Positions 33,913 through 34,460 of a DNA stretch of 34,460 nucleotides are shown piece after piece. The stretch is from a virus. Its lineage: Duplodnaviria; Caudoviricetes. The notes under the pieces are model-generated. The model saw only the letters and a list, made by a program, of their open reading frames with translations, did not search any database and was not told the DNA's origin. The position numbers and the translations under genes were made by a program. The stretch's first letter is position 1; each line of letters begins with the position of its first letter. The DNA lies in IMG/VR virus record IMGVR_UViG_3300030059_002546, positions 1-34,460 of that record; one strand, written 5' to 3'.

Positions 33913-34021
33913 CAGTAATTCCTTGTTAGATTAATACAAAACAAGTTTATCCTATAAAACACCTGTTTACGCGCCATATATTTAAACGATAGTAATATTT
34001 GCCTTTTTATTTACAAACCCG

Positions 34022-34063
34022 GAACAATTGTTCTTGACATGTACGGAACAATTGTTCAATAAT
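34022..34063 (+). promoter_or_regulatory. OL operators and pL promoter
   Basis: Perfect palindromes GAACAATTGTTC at 34022 and 34046 flank TTGACA (34034); AATAAT at 34058. Confidence 0.88.
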
Positions 34064-34204
34064 AGCCCCACGGTCACAGAGAAACCGGCGAACAGTGAAC
34101 AAACACACGTAAAAATGCCTAGCGCCCTCTCTGTTGACCGGCTTAAGCCACAAAGGCAACGCCGGTCTCGACCAAACCAACAACGGTTACGGGAGCAAAA
34201 CAAC

Positions 34205-34399
34205 ATGAAGTCAGCAAAGATACAACCTACTTATCGAGTCGGTGATTGTTCTGCCGAATACCCAGTGCCTAGAAAGCCTATGGGTGTACTGGAAATCATC
34301 CTGCATGTAATCGCCTGCACCTTCCTTGTTTGGATTTTTGCATGGCCTTTGGCAAACATGGTTTTGCAACCGCTTCTTAAAGTTATGGGGGTGCTGTGA
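34205..34399 (+). CDS. First pL-operon gene; small membrane protein
   Basis: GGGAG RBS before MKSAKIQP; C-terminal hydrophobic helix. Confidence 0.6.
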   Translation: MKSAKIQPTYRVGDCSAEYPVPRKPMGVLEIILHVIACTFLVWIFAWPLANMVLQPLLKVMGVL

Positions 34400-34460
34400 T
34401 GGGTAATTATCCAGAAGGTATCCGCCAATTCGACAGTCACCCGCTAAGCCCTTTTGCTGA
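34399..34460 (+). CDS. Partial hypothetical gene running off the window
   Basis: TGATG overlap; MGNYPEGIRQFDSHPLSPFA... Confidence 0.5.
   Translation, partial: MGNYPEGIRQFDSHPLSPFA

Larger units (their letters stand above)
28..34460. mobile_element. Prophage (lambdoid-type temperate siphovirus); left boundary at att core, truncated by right window edge
   Basis: tRNA 3' duplicate at left end followed by contiguous lysis, tail, head, packaging, nin, replication and immunity modules. Confidence 0.97.

Noticed and set aside
32707-34057. GAAC-N4-GTTC read as Gram-positive LexA (Cheo) boxes
   Set aside because: Paired placement at divergent pR and pL around cI/cro fits phage operators; spanins and lipoproteins indicate a Gram-negative host

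Overview
The window is most of a lambdoid-type temperate siphophage integrated at a tRNA-Val(GAC) gene. The 3' tRNA duplicate (att core) is at 28-78, and the prophage continues past the right edge; no integrase is in view. Reading right to left on the minus strand: immunity region (pL operators, lipoprotein, short non-cleavable cI, cro, cII), O/P-like replication genes with iterons, a nin-like region (two HNH nucleases, DNA methyltransferase-like gene, an anti-CBASS Acb2 homolog, TraR/DksA), a Q-like antiterminator, pinholin, terminase, head genes, tail genes with a -1 frameshifted chaperone, tape measure, a minimal tail tip, and SAR endolysin with Rz/Rz1. Next to att sit plus-strand morons, including a VPLPA-CTERM (PEP-CTERM-like) surface protein behind a near-consensus CRP site. 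The most unusual feature is a terminator-bounded cassette (2069-6285) with a second tail-tube paralog (about 72% identical to the main one, hand count). Its C-terminal extension supplies the missing first strand of an Ig-like repeat that continues, across a TAATG stop/start overlap, into a 1236-aa Ig/beta-helix/lectin-like protein. This suggests a tail-tube-anchored adhesin or depolymerase display system. All family assignments are from motif recognition, not database searches.
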